From Lama guanicoe (lineage: Eukaryota): a DNA stretch of 64,000 bases. Below the pieces are notes generated by a model. It was not told the origin of the DNA, did not search any database, and saw nothing but the letters and a program-made list of their open reading frames with translations. The stretch lies in contig MU054001.1 in NCBI GenBank assembly GCA_013239625.1, forward strand, positions 871,884 to 935,883, given 5' to 3'. Position numbers and translations under genes: made by a program. Positions 47,561 through 59,438 of this stretch are shown in pieces. Numbering within the stretch: the first letter of the stretch is position 1; every line of letters starts with the position of its first letter.

Positions 47561-48944
47561 CTGGTTCCATGCACCACAGGTGACAGTGGAAGGCGCTGGC
47601 TGTCGCAGCCTCGTGTGGCCTCATTCCCTTCTTTACAAGGTAAACATGCCCAGAGCTGCAGAGACACACACAGGGCTGTCCTTGTTGGGAAGGGAGGCCA
47701 GACCGGTTGGACTGGCCCAGGTGGAAAAATTCCCCGGCCCGTCCCCACGGGGATGGTGACAACAGGGATGGCAGAGGGCCTCAAGGAGAGGCCACTTCAG
47801 GCCAGCAGCTGCCCCATTCCTCCAGGTTTGGTCCACGTCGCAGCTCCCCGGAAGGGCCTCCAGTATCGGGGTGGCCACCTCCTCCTCACTCTGGCCCCAA
47901 ATTGGCTGTGTGCGCCGGGGTCCGGTGGGCCGCCCTCTCCCCGTGTGGTCGCCAGGATGTACAGTCCCCGCACATGAAAGCAGGGGGGCCGACAAAGGGA
48001 AAGTGAAATTTCCCTTGAGCTATTTGCCCTGGCTGACTAACCCGAACCTTCCTTCTCAGGATGAAGAACAGCTCTGATGTTCTGATGTTGAAAGCATCAA
48101 AGGCTGATCCCCTCGGCTGAGCGGTGACACACAGTTGCTTGGCAGGGAGGCCCCGGGAGCTCCCACCCGCACTGTTGCCAAAGCCCAGACCCCCGACTCC
48201 ATCCCGCATCATTAGCAGCCGAGATACTGCTGGTTAGATGGCGGCTGCCTGGGAGACACTCGCCCCTCTGCCCTCTTTGTCCCCGGTGCCACCCTCTGAC
48301 CCCCACACCTCTAACGGGGACACAGACTCTGGCCTCTCCTGACGCCCTCTGCACCAGCCGTGAACTTCAAAGCCCGTGGAAGGAGAGCCTGGAGAAATAC
48401 AGAACAGCTTCCAGAAGGCTGGATAACGTGGTTTCTAGGAAAAAAAAATTTTTTTCCAACAGTTTCATCTTTTTTTTTCCTTCTGAGGGCAGAAAGTGAT
48501 CCATGTTCACTGTTGACATTTCAACAACTCAGAAAAGTATAAAGAAGAAAGTTGTGAGGACGGCAGAGCCCACCGCGGGGAGAGTCCCACTGTTACCTTC
48601 CGCTGACAGGTGTCAGCTGAAATAGCCAAGAAGCCTGCTGCAAACACTTAGCCTAACTTGTACCCCTTCTTTGTGTGGCCCTGTGACATGCCTTCCCCTC
48701 CCCAGGATTGCGGCCACCTTCTTCTCTTAGAGACTTCTTCAAGCCCCTCTCCTCACAGCCATCAAGTCTGAACCTCCTCCAATATTTCCCTTAAGATACA
48801 AGAGCATCATGCTGGCAACAGTGCTGGGCTCACTTCAAACTCAGCTTTTAAGCTAAATTGAACACTGAAAAGATGGCTGGGAACCAACTCCAGACAGCCC
48901 CAAGCAGCTTTGTGAGACGAGAGCCTCTCTTCACAGTTCGGATA

Positions 48945-48950
<6 letters not shown>

Positions 48951-48979
<29 letters not shown>
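48951..48979. repeat. (AC)14 microsatellite
   Basis: Direct reading. Confidence 0.95.
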
Positions 48980-48980
<1 letters not shown>

Positions 48981-50475
48981 TAGCCTGACCCCCGCTTCCT
49001 TTGTTTTTAGAAATTAATAAAGCTTTTCCAACACGCTGCTCACCGTCCCTCCCAGTGAACAGTCAAATCACGGCTTTTATTCCCAGCTCACCACGTCAAG
49101 TAAATAGAAGCTTACAGGAGAGACCGGGGAATGATAAGCAAATCCCACTGCAGCGAATTCTTAATATATAAATTCATCCAGCAGCAGCGTAGTATCAACT
49201 GGCAAAACCAGGAACAATGGGAGGCAGCCAGGCCTGGCTCCGACGAGGTCAACCATCAAGGTTATCTATATTCAATTACTGGTATCTACAAACTTGCATA
49301 GCTGTCAGCTGGTCAGAGCCCAAATGAAAACTCACCATGCATTCAGAAAGCAAATATAGTTTCCGAGGAGAGCCTCAAATTAGCTCTGTGAATGACTTGG
49401 CTTCAAACGCACAGAAGCCATCATCAGCCTTTGGGGACGTCTCTGCCGGCAGCACCTCGGTGTCTAAATTTGGGCATCGTCTTATAAATCTCTGTCCCCA
49501 GAGTAGGAAAGGACTGGGGTTGCTCCTTCACCCTGGGCGACGATAAATTATCTCACTTAACAATAGATAAACTTGAGACACTCTTCCTGTACCGGGGACC
49601 TATTGTGCAGTCACCGCTAATCACCAGCATCTCTCCTTCCCCATCGGCCCCACTAAAGACCTGTCGCTGGTGAGGAGACACAATAATTTGTTTTGCAACT
49701 CCTCCTCCGGAACCATATATCATGCATGGAAACAAAGCTCCCCGACAACAGAGATGTATCTGCTTCCTCTATCTGAGTTCCTCTTCCCATCAGGGCGAGG
49801 CTGGGGGGAACACGTTTCCAGTGCGACGCTCCCGTAGCATCCCACTCCCAGGCCCAGCTGGAATCGGGGTAAAGGTCTGGTTCTCCAGGAGGAGAGAGGA
49901 CATGCCCACTGAAAAGGAAGGCTTTCTGTTCACGGTCACATCCCGCTGAAGTTTAAACCCCACCTCATTTCATCCTGGCCGATCGTTTTCTGGTCACCAT
50001 GGAGATTTACCGACCAGGCAAGTCAGGGTTAATCAATGCCTAGGTAATTTCTAGATTAGGCTGAGGAGGCTATAAATTGTGGGCCTGTTAGGAACTAGAT
50101 GTCTTTGATTTTATCTTGGGCTGGAAGCCTTTGGGTTATTGCTCTTCCTCAGTCTATCGCATGCTTTGTCCAATGTGTGTCATCTTCATCGTGTTGATGA
50201 AGCCCCATTCTGATCCCCTCCCAAGGCGGGTATGCCTCACAGAGTCCATCGGAGCTGCAAAATTAAGAACTGTACATTCATAAGTGGGATCTGTCTCGAT
50301 TCAGAAGACCAGGCTTTGGGACAGAGATAAACATATCAATGCTTTCACAAGAAACTACTTAACATGGGCTCAGATAGGAAGGAAAACGCAGATGGAGTGA
50401 TGTCAGTCCTGACTTTCAGTCAGGCCGGGATATGACATCCTCCCACCTCCAACATGGATGCCTGGGCCCACTTAG

Positions 50476-50718
50476 ACAGAGCTGTCTGTACAGCTGTGCA
50501 GGTTGTGTACTGCACAAAAGCTCAGATTTAAGGGGATGCCATTCACATGTTCTTTGTAGATTTCTGTATTTGTTATGACAATTTTCTGGCAGATGGCAAT
50601 AATATGTTTTGTTCCAGCAAGATCAGTATAATTTTTTGCTAGGTGGAAGTGAAGCATCTTGAGAAATGGAACCTTTCTTTAACTGGCACAAAGGCACCGT
50701 GGGATAGGGGCAGTTCTG
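50476..50718 (+). mobile_element. hAT-Tip100 element (MER91/Zaphod-related)
   Basis: tacagctgtgcaggttgtgtactgcacaa...gccattcacat...gacaattttctggcagatggca...gcacaaaggcaccgt. Confidence 0.65.
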
Positions 50719-50799
50719 CATCAAGGAACCCACTTTTTATCCCTGAAGCCCACATGGCCACTTATTTCGTGGCTCCCTTTCTACATGTCAGGAAGGAAA

Positions 50800-50970
50800 T
50801 TGGTTATGAGATGATCTGTTCACGAGTCTATCTCCTTCCACTGGGATCTTGTCCATCCTTATAACCCCAGCACAGAGCCCAGTGCTTGGCTCATGAAAGT
50901 GCCCGGCTCATGAAAGTGCCCAATACTCGTTTGTTGAAAGAAAGAATGAGTGAATGAAAGAATGAATGAA
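50800..50970 (+). mobile_element. L2 3' end containing an exact 17-bp tandem duplication (50888-50921)
   Basis: ccccagcacagagcccagtgcttggc...tttgttgaaagaaagaatgagtgaatgaa; ggctcatgaaagtgccc x2. Confidence 0.75.
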
Positions 50971-51649
50971 ACTCTGTATCAATTCAACCCATATTGTGGT
51001 GTCTACCACATAGCAGATTAAAAATGAAATTTTTGTTGAACCTAAAGGACCCGATCTGTGTTTTGGAAACCTCACTATTTGCCGAATAGAACAAGAGGAT
51101 CTTAAAAATAGAGGAACATTTTTATTTTTCGCTTACAACCTGATGCTAAAAGTTTATTCAAAGGACATTTTTCACTCCATGTTTCAGGGGCCAGTGGGGA
51201 AGGAAGAGACAGCTGAGACCCATGTGACAAGGATAGCTCTTGGTAGGGATGGTGGTTGTTGACTATGGGCAAACTTTACCTATCTCTGTCTTAGGACACA
51301 GGCACATGCTTTCTTACACTATCAGAAGTGCGTGGGGAGCAGAAGAGACACACTTTGCCAGCGGTGAACCGGATGACTGTGCTAAAACTCTGCACTGAGG
51401 ATTTTAAGATCAACTCCTCTCAGTCAACGTGGAATTCCTTTCCAGGACAGACCACCCCAATGCCTCCTGATTCTCCTGTCTGGGAACTCCCAAGTCCTGT
51501 GCCCACCAGGCACTTCCGACCCCTTTGGATGTCCTTGGAAGCCCTCAGAGCACTCAGTTACATTTCTCTTGAGATCTCAAACATCTGTGACCATGACCAT
51601 GGAGTCCGCCCTGGAAGTGGGATAATTGGGCAGTGTTAAAACATCATGA

Positions 51650-52540
51650 TTGGCGTATTAGTGCTTTATTTGGTGCTTATGAAACTCACAATTGTTCAGT
51701 GTTAAAACTAATTCAAAAGAGAATAGAACACTCAGTGAAGAAGAAAACTGCTTGTAATCCTACCTTGCCCCTACCAGAGAGTTACACACTGATAAATTGG
51801 TCTATGTCCCTTCAGACCCTTTCTGTGGAATTTGTCTTTAGATACTTCTGTTCCCTTATGCATTTCCCATTAAGACAGCCAAAAAATAAATAAATAAATA
51901 AAAATAAAGATCCATACCAAAGTACTGTTTTTGTAACATGTTTTTTTAACTTAATAATATACTGGAGACAATTTTCTCGTCAATATTTTTACCATATCTT
52001 TTAAAATTCCTGAATAATATTTAGCTATATGAACAAAAGGACACACATTTAACTGACCCTGAAGGATGGGGATTTAAGTTATCCAATAAATTGAATGTTT
52101 ATGTCCCCCTCAGATTCATATGCTAAAATCTGAACTCCCCATGTGATGGTGTTAGGAGATGGGGCCTTTGGGAGGAGATGAGGTCATGAGGGTGGAGCTG
52201 TCATGAATGGGATTAGTGCCCTTATAAGAGACCCCAGGGAACTCCCTTGTCCCTTCCACACGTGGGGACACAGAAGATACCCATCTATGAACAAGCAAGT
52301 GGGCCCTCAGCAGACACTGAACCTGCCCGCTTCTTGATCTTGGACTTCCCAGCCTCCAGAACTATGAGAAATAAATGTGTGTTGTTTAAGCCACCCGTTT
52401 ATGGTATAAAATGATATTTTTGTTATAACAGCCTGAGCCGACTAAGGCAGCTAGTTTTCTTTTGTTGTTGTTTTTTTATTATACACAGTGCTGTGATGAA
52501 AGTCTTTATATACATATCTCTGAGCATTTGTCTGCTTATA
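51650..52540 (-). mobile_element. L1ME-like fragments (split by an MLT1A-like LTR)
   Basis: tactgtttttgtaacatgttttttta acttaataatat...; resumes acagtgctgtgatgaa...tatacatatctctgagcatttg. Confidence 0.55.
52082..52449 (+). mobile_element. MaLR LTR (MLT1A-like)
   Basis: tgaatgtttatgtcccc...atgtgatggtgttaggagatggggcctttgggagg...gggattagtgcccttataagagacc...ttgatcttggacttcccagcctccagaactatgagaaataaa...gactaaggca. Confidence 0.9.
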
Positions 52541-52552
52541 GAATTTACTTTT

Positions 52553-52691
52553 TTGGCTTGTTTGATTTTTGTTTTGGTTTGGTTTTTTGGGGGGGGAAGA
52601 TAATTAGGTTTGTTTATTTATTTATTTTTAACAGAGTTACTCAGATTGAACCCCTAAGCACACACTCTACCACTGAACTCTACCCTCCCCC
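52553..52691 (-). mobile_element. Camelid tRNA-derived SINE (Vic-1-like) with internal deletion and 12-bp TSD
   Basis: Reverse complement: gggggagggtagagttcagtggtagagtgtgtgcttag-gggttcaatc...aaataaataaataaacaaacctaattatcttcccccccc; TSD gaatttactttt at 52541-52552 and 52694-52705. Confidence 0.85.
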
Positions 52692-52764
52692 TGGAATTTA
52701 CTTTTAATAAGCAAAAAATAAAATCTGCTTTCCAGGGAAGGAAATAAAACCCCAATATAAAGAC

Positions 52765-53072
52765 CTCATTTAGTCAATCAAATCACACGTGTTAAGTCCC
52801 CTTCTAGGAGCCAGGCATTGGGATGAGGACACAGTGGCAGAGTAGACGTGAGTCTTATCTCCAAGAACTTGCCATCCAGTTGGGCGAAAAAGAATAAACA
52901 CAGTACAGCATGGTCCATACTGGAGCTACCGGTGTGGGCACTCAGAGAGTGGAATGGAAACTAATTCTGCTCCACAGAGAAGGAAATATCTGAGACAGAC
53001 CCTGAAGAATGGGTAGGAGTTTGCCAGGTCAATAAAGGAGGAGGTGAGAAAGGGATTTCTAGGGAGAGGATT
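52765..53072 (-). mobile_element. L2 fragment
   Basis: gccaggcattggg...ctgaagaatgggtaggagtttgccagg...gggatttctagggagagga. Confidence 0.65.
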
Positions 53073-53076
53073 GGAA

Positions 53077-53440
53077 TGTATCAGTTATCTAGTGCCACCA
53101 TACTGCTGTGTAACAAACTACCCTCAAACTTAGTGCCTTAAAACATTATTTTGTGGGGGATGAAATATGATTTATCTAGGTTGATCTTGCCTGGGCTGGA
53201 CCATGCAGTCAACTGGCTGGTTGGCTGGGGCTGGCTCGTCTAGGATGGCTTTGGCTGGGATGACTTAACTCTGCTGCATGGGATCCAAGAGAAAGAGCAG
53301 ATATAGGTAAGGCTTCTTGGGACCTAGCATCAGATCTCCATGTCATTGCTTGGGTCACATACTACTGACCAAAGTCAGTCACAAGGCCAGCCTGGATTCC
53401 AGATCTAGAAAAATAGACTCTACTTTCCTATGAAATGAAC
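53077..53440 (-). mobile_element. MaLR LTR (MLT1H/J-like)
   Basis: tgtatcagttatcta...tgctgtgtaacaaactaccctcaaacttagtgccttaaaaca...gaccaaagtcagtcacaaggccagcctggattc. Confidence 0.8.
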
Positions 53441-54033
53441 ATCTGGACCAGGGAAGCCCCTAGAAACCTGCCAGCGGAGGCTGCATCTCTAAATAATGAT
53501 GAGGACCAGGGCAAGGCCAGAGTAAAGCCCAAGAATATCACACTGGCTCTGGGGCTGTGGCCGACACCCATGTGTTGATTGCTCTTTCTCCGCTCTGAAG
53601 AAGAACCACCTCACCTTCTGCCCCACCCACTAAAACAGCTCAGTGAATATAATTACTTGCACCATCAAATCAATAGCGGATTGCTCCTGGCCCCTGCTTG
53701 TTCGATATCAGTGTCTGGGATCACAGAATCTTGATACTCCCCTCAAGATGCCAATTTCTGCTTAATGTTAGATAAACCACATCTATCAACCCCATGCGCT
53801 AATGAGATTTTATTGCGTCATTAATAATACATATCTTTAAAAAATATATGTTTCAACTCATGTAACATGAAATATGAGGTTGCAAATATTCTACCCTTCC
53901 CAGTCATAGAACTCCCAATTGCCAACTGAACAACCCAAATCAATGTTGTATTAAGCAAGCTCAGAAAGCGATTACGGAGTTTGAGAGACAACCAATGGGT
54001 AGGCCAAGAGAAACTGCTTTTCCATCGATTTTT

Positions 54034-54035
<2 letters not shown>

Positions 54036-54065
<30 letters not shown>
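54036..54065. repeat. (GA)15 microsatellite
   Basis: Direct reading. Confidence 0.95.
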
Positions 54066-54069
<4 letters not shown>

Positions 54070-54757
54070 ATTAAAAAGCAGTCTCCATGCATATTAAGAG
54101 GTTTGTTAGCTTCTTGTAACTGGTAGCACCTGTCACCCCCAGAGTAGGTTAGCTCTTTGCTCTGAATGTGGGTCGTGTGTTCCAAAGAAACATCTTCAGG
54201 ATGCTCTGACATAAGAAAACCAGGATTCAGACTTCTTCCTGAAGAGGAGGCGAGACACATCCTCCTCATTAGAAACACATTGCTGATGGCATGTGGTCGG
54301 GGTGCCTGCTGGTGAGCTCACCCGGGCACAGAATAAGCATCGGGTAAGCAGTCCGATCCTGAGAGAAGCTGTTTCCACGTCAAATCCCAGGATGGAAAAC
54401 CCCAGGGATGTCAGACTGCCCCACGAAACAAAAACAGCTGCGGGGAAACGCGGGACGCGGGGTGGGGCGCTACAGAGGAATTAACAGGCCCGGTCTTCTT
54501 CATCTGGAAAAATCACATTTATGTCCATTGCCTCCGTCTTGTGTTCATTGTCTAAAGAATCTGGCCCACTCGCTCTGATTCCCTTGTTAGAAATACTCTC
54601 TCGTTTTGGGACAAGGCGATCATTCGTTGCATCTTCCCGGGATCCGTGGCTCTTAAATGAACGACAGACAGAGTCTGCATGAAGGGAGGTTGTCTGTAAA
54701 TATTTTGTGAGTAATTCACCCCAATTATTTCATTATTAACACAATAAATAGCAGGTT

Positions 54758-54929
54758 CCCTTTTTGTTGAAGTATAGTTGCTTTACAATGTTGTGTTAGT
54801 TTCAACAGCAACGTGATTCAGTTCTACATATATGTACATATTCTTCCTCAGCTTCTTTTCCATTATAGGTTATTACAGTATGTTGGCTACAGTTCCCTGC
54901 ACTATACAGTAGGTTCTTGTTGTTTATCT
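54758..54929 (-). mobile_element. Short cetartiodactyl/camelid L1 3' end with TSD
   Basis: ttgaagtatagttgctttacaatgttgtgttagtttc...ccattataggttattaca...ttgttgtttatct; TSD aataaatagcaggtt 54743-54757 / aataaatagcaagtt 54930-54944. Confidence 0.9.
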
Positions 54930-56649
54930 AATAAATAGCAAGTTTCTTAAGCAGAGGGAATCTGTAAATCGGGGTGCCCCACATACTAAGAGGGTAGGAG
55001 CATCTGTTCTGGGCTAGCATGAACGGATCTGGGGTCCTCACTCACAAGGACGATTTGTACTCTGGCAAGTATTCTCTGTGATATGACGTTGGAGCTGACT
55101 GTTCAGACCTGAGAGTTTACATGCAGCTAAAGGTCTAGGTGAGCATATACACGCACGTATACACACGGAGCAATCCAGCATCTCAGATCCATAAGCTAGC
55201 TCCACGCCACTTTATACACGGTTGCGGACAGCAGCCTGTGTTTGTGTTGAAATTTGCAGAAAGGAAATTTTGGGGATGGTATGATAATTGAGAAAGGGTG
55301 TAAGCAAGACTTTTCACCCCGTATTTTCTAGGGTTGGATTTTTAAGCTATGGAACTATTCAAAAAATCAGTGATTGTAAATTTAAAACCAAACAAACTTA
55401 AACTCATTGACTTGAGTTGTTCGCTTGGCCTTGGGGGGTTGTTATGACCATACAGAATACTTTCTATCAAAAATAGGCAACATTTTAAAAAATGAGTCAG
55501 TGGGTTTGGTGTTCCACTAAAGTTGCACATTAACTGAGGGACTTTACAGTGACCAGTTGGCTTAGAGTTGGGTACACACGGCCTGAGAGAAACTCAAAAA
55601 GAGATCGCCTGGGACGATATCTTGTAAGTATGCAAGGGGGTGGGAGAAGGTAGGCTCTGCGTAGGAAACCGCAGGATGCCTGATTCTGAAAATAGCACTT
55701 TGGACTGAAAATTTGGGAAACTGAGACAAGGCACCGAGAGGACAGATTTCCCAGGGGTATCAGTTCTCTCATTACCTGCGATTATGATGAAATATTTCCA
55801 GAAGCTGGTGTGAATCAGGAAGGCTCTCTTTCAGCCAGAAATCAAATGTGGTCCATCCACTCCACGGGGCAGAGAGAGGGCCGCTGTTGCCAGTCTCCAG
55901 GAGAGGGTGCTCGCCAAAGGCATAATTCAGTTGCAATTACAGATCTTTTTGAACTCCAGCTGTAGACCAAGCAGCCATTAACCAAAGACAGCCATTCCCT
56001 CTGCTTATTTGCTTTCCATCTATTTTTCCACGCTTGTCCAAAACACTACCCTATAGTCTCCCACTTTTCTTTGTGAATCCCACGTGGACAAGACACCAGA
56101 CTAAGGAAGACACACAACTCGTGTTTTTTTCCCCTCTTTCTTCTTTCTTGAAGCGAAGGTTCAAAAATATATCTTGGTTGATCTAGAAACAGCACCACGA
56201 TCGATCCACTTTATTTTTGATGGCTACAATAAACACCTGCACAAGGAAGGGGGAGGTGGAGAAAGTAAAAACAAAACAGTGGATTCATCGGCCAGAGACG
56301 GTATTTATGTGTAAGTGATACTGAGACTAAGCCGGGTAACTCAATAGTAAAATGGGCAGGTTTTAGGGCTGTTGCCATTAAGAAAATAACACTAATACAA
56401 GACACATGTGGGTACTGGCCAGGACACATCCCAGGAGCTCCCGGGCAGCCCAAACTGGGGATCAAGGCTGAGAGTTCAGCTCCAGCTCACAGCCTCCACT
56501 GTGATCCCAGGTCAGAATCTGGTAATGTAATTTTCTGCCAAAGTGGGGGAAATCATGTGTTCCCAATGACACACCAGGAGGTTTTGTTTTGATCTATTAG
56601 ATCATGGAATCATTGGCTTTAAAAGTTCTGCGATTTTTCAGTTTTGCCT

Positions 56650-56750
56650 GGTCCTTTTTTTCAGAGGAGTAGCCCAGAGAAGTTAAGTGACTTACCCAAG
56701 GTCACACAGTGAATCCATGGCAGAACCAAGATCAGCATCTCGATATTAAT
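56650..56750 (-). mobile_element. MIR fragment
   Basis: cccagagaagttaagtgacttacccaaggtcacacag. Confidence 0.75.
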
Positions 56751-56989
56751 AGTTGTTTTGCAATTCATGTGGCCGAGGAAATAAGGTGGACCACACATCA
56801 CTTCTGCTTAAGCACCATACTTGGTCTGGGTATCATTCTAACTCTGAGAGGTTGTTACGATAGTATATCCTCATGCATCCAAGCACTGTGCAAGAAACCA
56901 GAAACACATATTACATGATAACAATATTGATGAAGATTCCTCAGTTTGCGATTGCTGCCTTCGTTTTGGAATCTCTCTTTTTATTTTGC

Positions 56990-57285
56990 TCATGTTTGGG
57001 GGCTCAGCTTGAAGATCACCAGTAAGAGAGACTCTCCCTAACTACCCAGTCCCAGTTGCCTACCCTCCTCCGCTTCCGGTCACCTTCTGTCATCATCCTC
57101 GTTTGTTTCCATCAGTGAAATCATCTTGTCTGTTCATCTGTTTACTCACTTATTGTCTTTCTCCTTTTCTAGAATGTGAGATCCATGAGGGCAGGGATCC
57201 TTGACCATTTTTCCCAATGCCATCTTCCCAGCGCCTGGCACATAGTAGGTGATCAATGTATTTGTTTCCATGCATGAATGAATCC
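56990..57285 (+). mobile_element. L2 3' end
   Basis: ctagaatgtgagatccatgagggcagggatc...cccagcgcctggcacatagtaggtgatcaat...atgaatgaat. Confidence 0.85.
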
Positions 57286-57939
57286 CACTCCATGGATGCA
57301 ACTTGCCCTTCCTTAAAACCTCCATGCATCCTTTTTTTATACATCTTAATGCACCTGTATTCCGCCTTGAAAGACCCACCCCATCTAACCCCCTCCACCA
57401 GGTTGGAAGGCCTTTGGAGGCAGACATATTTATATCTGCAGCAGCATTTAGGACCGTGTCCTGCTCATGTTGGTTCTAAAATTTAATTGAGACAGGCACA
57501 TAGATCAAGAGGCTTTGGAGTCCGGCCAGAAATAAAAGTCAACTCACCATTTCTGGACCACTGAGCTAAAGGAAAGCATGCATTTAAAGAGTTTCCATTG
57601 CAACTAATTAATATGTTTTGGTCTCTCCCTCTCTTCTGGACTTGAATCTGGGCACAGCCAAAACAGTGTTGAACAAAGATATCTGTGCTGAGGTCTTGTT
57701 TGTGTCTCCTGAGCAGCTACTCCCAGCTGGCTTTATTTAAGTGATCATAGGATAAAATTTCATCACAATCTCCAGTGAATGTGACGAAAGATTGCTTCAT
57801 CTCTCATCTCCAGGGCTGGTGCTCAGGGGTCCCTCAGCCCAAGAAGGGACATAAGACATTGGAGAAGCCATCAACCCAGCAGAGAGCCCCACCCGGAGGC
57901 AGCCGGAAGGCAGCGCTAACCAAGACTGCCAATGAAGAG

Positions 57940-58150
57940 TGGGGAGCAGTACCCTTGGAATCAGATGGATCTGCGTTCTAATCACAGCTCTCTTCTTTAT
58001 AGGCTGGTTGACCTTGAGCCATTGGACCTCAGTCTCCTCATCTGGAAAATGGGAATAGTATATCACTTACATGGTTGATCAAAAGAGTGAGTGTGGGGGC
58101 GGGGAATGGGGCCTGGAGCAAAAAACTGCTTAACAAAAGGTAGTTATTAC
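57940..58150 (+). mobile_element. MIR SINE
   Basis: tgaccttgagcc...cctcagtctcctcatctggaaaatgggaatagta. Confidence 0.8.
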
Positions 58151-58224
58151 TACTTTTACCACTGTCTCTTGTATTTAAAATCCAAATCCATTTCTATGCC
58201 GCCAGGCTCCATGAAGCCCAAACT

Positions 58225-58570
58225 GTCCTACATCAGAGCTTTTCCACTTGCTGTTCCTTTGACTTGGAACCCTGGTCCCACCTCCAACCCACAGGGCATG
58301 GCTGGGTCTTATTTCATCACGCAGATCTCAGCACAAATGTCGCTTTCCGAGATGCCCTCTCCAATGGCGTGATCTAACCCCACTCCATGAAGTCACCCTG
58401 CCTCACATCCTCACGCCCTCCTCATTCTCTGAAACTGTCCTAAATAGTCACTTCGTTGTTGACCCTGTTCCTCATCGGCACCCGCAGTCTGTGAGCTCCC
58501 TGAGAGTCGGGACCCAGTCTGCTGCCCCTCAAGCACCTGCAGGTGCCCAAGAAGTACTTGCTGAATGATG
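58225..58570 (+). mobile_element. L2 fragment
   Basis: cttttccacttgctgttcctttgacttggaa...cagatctcagcacaaatgtc...tgtgagctccctgagagtcgggac...tacttgctgaatga. Confidence 0.75.
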
Positions 58571-58629
58571 GCACATACACACAAATACACCTGCGTGAAA
58601 ACAAACCCCCAGAAGGCCCATCGCACCAA

Positions 58630-58793
58630 GAGGGGGCCAGCTACACGATGTGCAGAGCCTAGAGCACAATGAAACATAGGGCCCCTTATTTGAAAGTATT
58701 AAGAATTTCAAGACAGCGATCGCAGAACATTAAACCAAGCTCAGAACCCTTCCAAGCAACTGCACAGCTCATCTGCCCAAGAAGCCAGCCCTG
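58630..58793 (-). mobile_element. MER45A-like (hAT-Tip100)
   Basis: gggccccttatttgaaagtattaagaatttcaagacagcgatcgcagaacattaaaccaagc...gaagccagccctg. Confidence 0.8.
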
Positions 58794-59153
58794 CCCGGAA
58801 GGCCATGGCAGACAGCTGGAGGTCTTTACTGACAGTCAGGGCCCCCAGAGGGTTCTCAGATCGCACCAGGCAGCCGGCCCCAGCAGACACAGGTCAGACC
58901 TGGCCTTTCTCCCCGACATCTTCCAGCTCTTCCCCCTCAGTCCAGAAGGCCAGTTCCCAGTGGGTCCTGTTCCTGCTCCCAGGCCCCTCTGTGGGACTCT
59001 TCCCATTTTCAGGTGCCCCCTTGGGAGTATGGCTTCAGAATAGAGTCGCATAATAAGGAGCTTCTGAAGGGCAACCAGTGAGCAGATCATCCAGCTCAGA
59101 GGACAATAACTTTAAAAGCTCTGGGTTGGCAGAGAATGAGGGAGGCCCAGGAG

Positions 59154-59297
59154 CAGGGTTGCCACGTACAGCTGTGCAGGTTGCTCACTGTAAAAGGCCC
59201 TTCCGAGGGATGAGTGAAGACTGAAACCCAACCTGTGCTACTGTTCCCCAGCACGGAGCCCAATTCAGGGCTGCACCTGCCCAGAGGGAAGGGGCAC

Positions 59298-59329
<32 letters not shown>

Positions 59330-59438
59330 TTTTTTTTGTACAAAGACACTGTCCTATTGACGAGCCATGTGACTGCCTGGAGGGGGCATGATTTTCAAAT
59401 TTGCTCAAAAGCACAGTAAAGTTTGGCAACATCCCTGC
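59154..59438 (+). mobile_element. hAT-Tip100 element (MER115/Zaphod-related) with an expanded poly-T
   Basis: cagggttgccacgtacagctgtgcaggttg...gagggaaggggcaccttttt...acaaagacactgt...ggcaacatccctg; CAGGG/CCCTG ends. Confidence 0.6.

Noticed and set aside
47314..48354. Stack of overlapping 70-156 aa ORFs on both strands
   Set aside because: Expected in a GC-rich patch with few stop codons; P/G/R-rich translations with no recognisable homology
47700..48360. Possible CpG-island promoter
   Set aside because: Hand count of about 30 CpGs in 660 bp suggests observed/expected near 0.5, below the usual 0.6; no transcription start evidence
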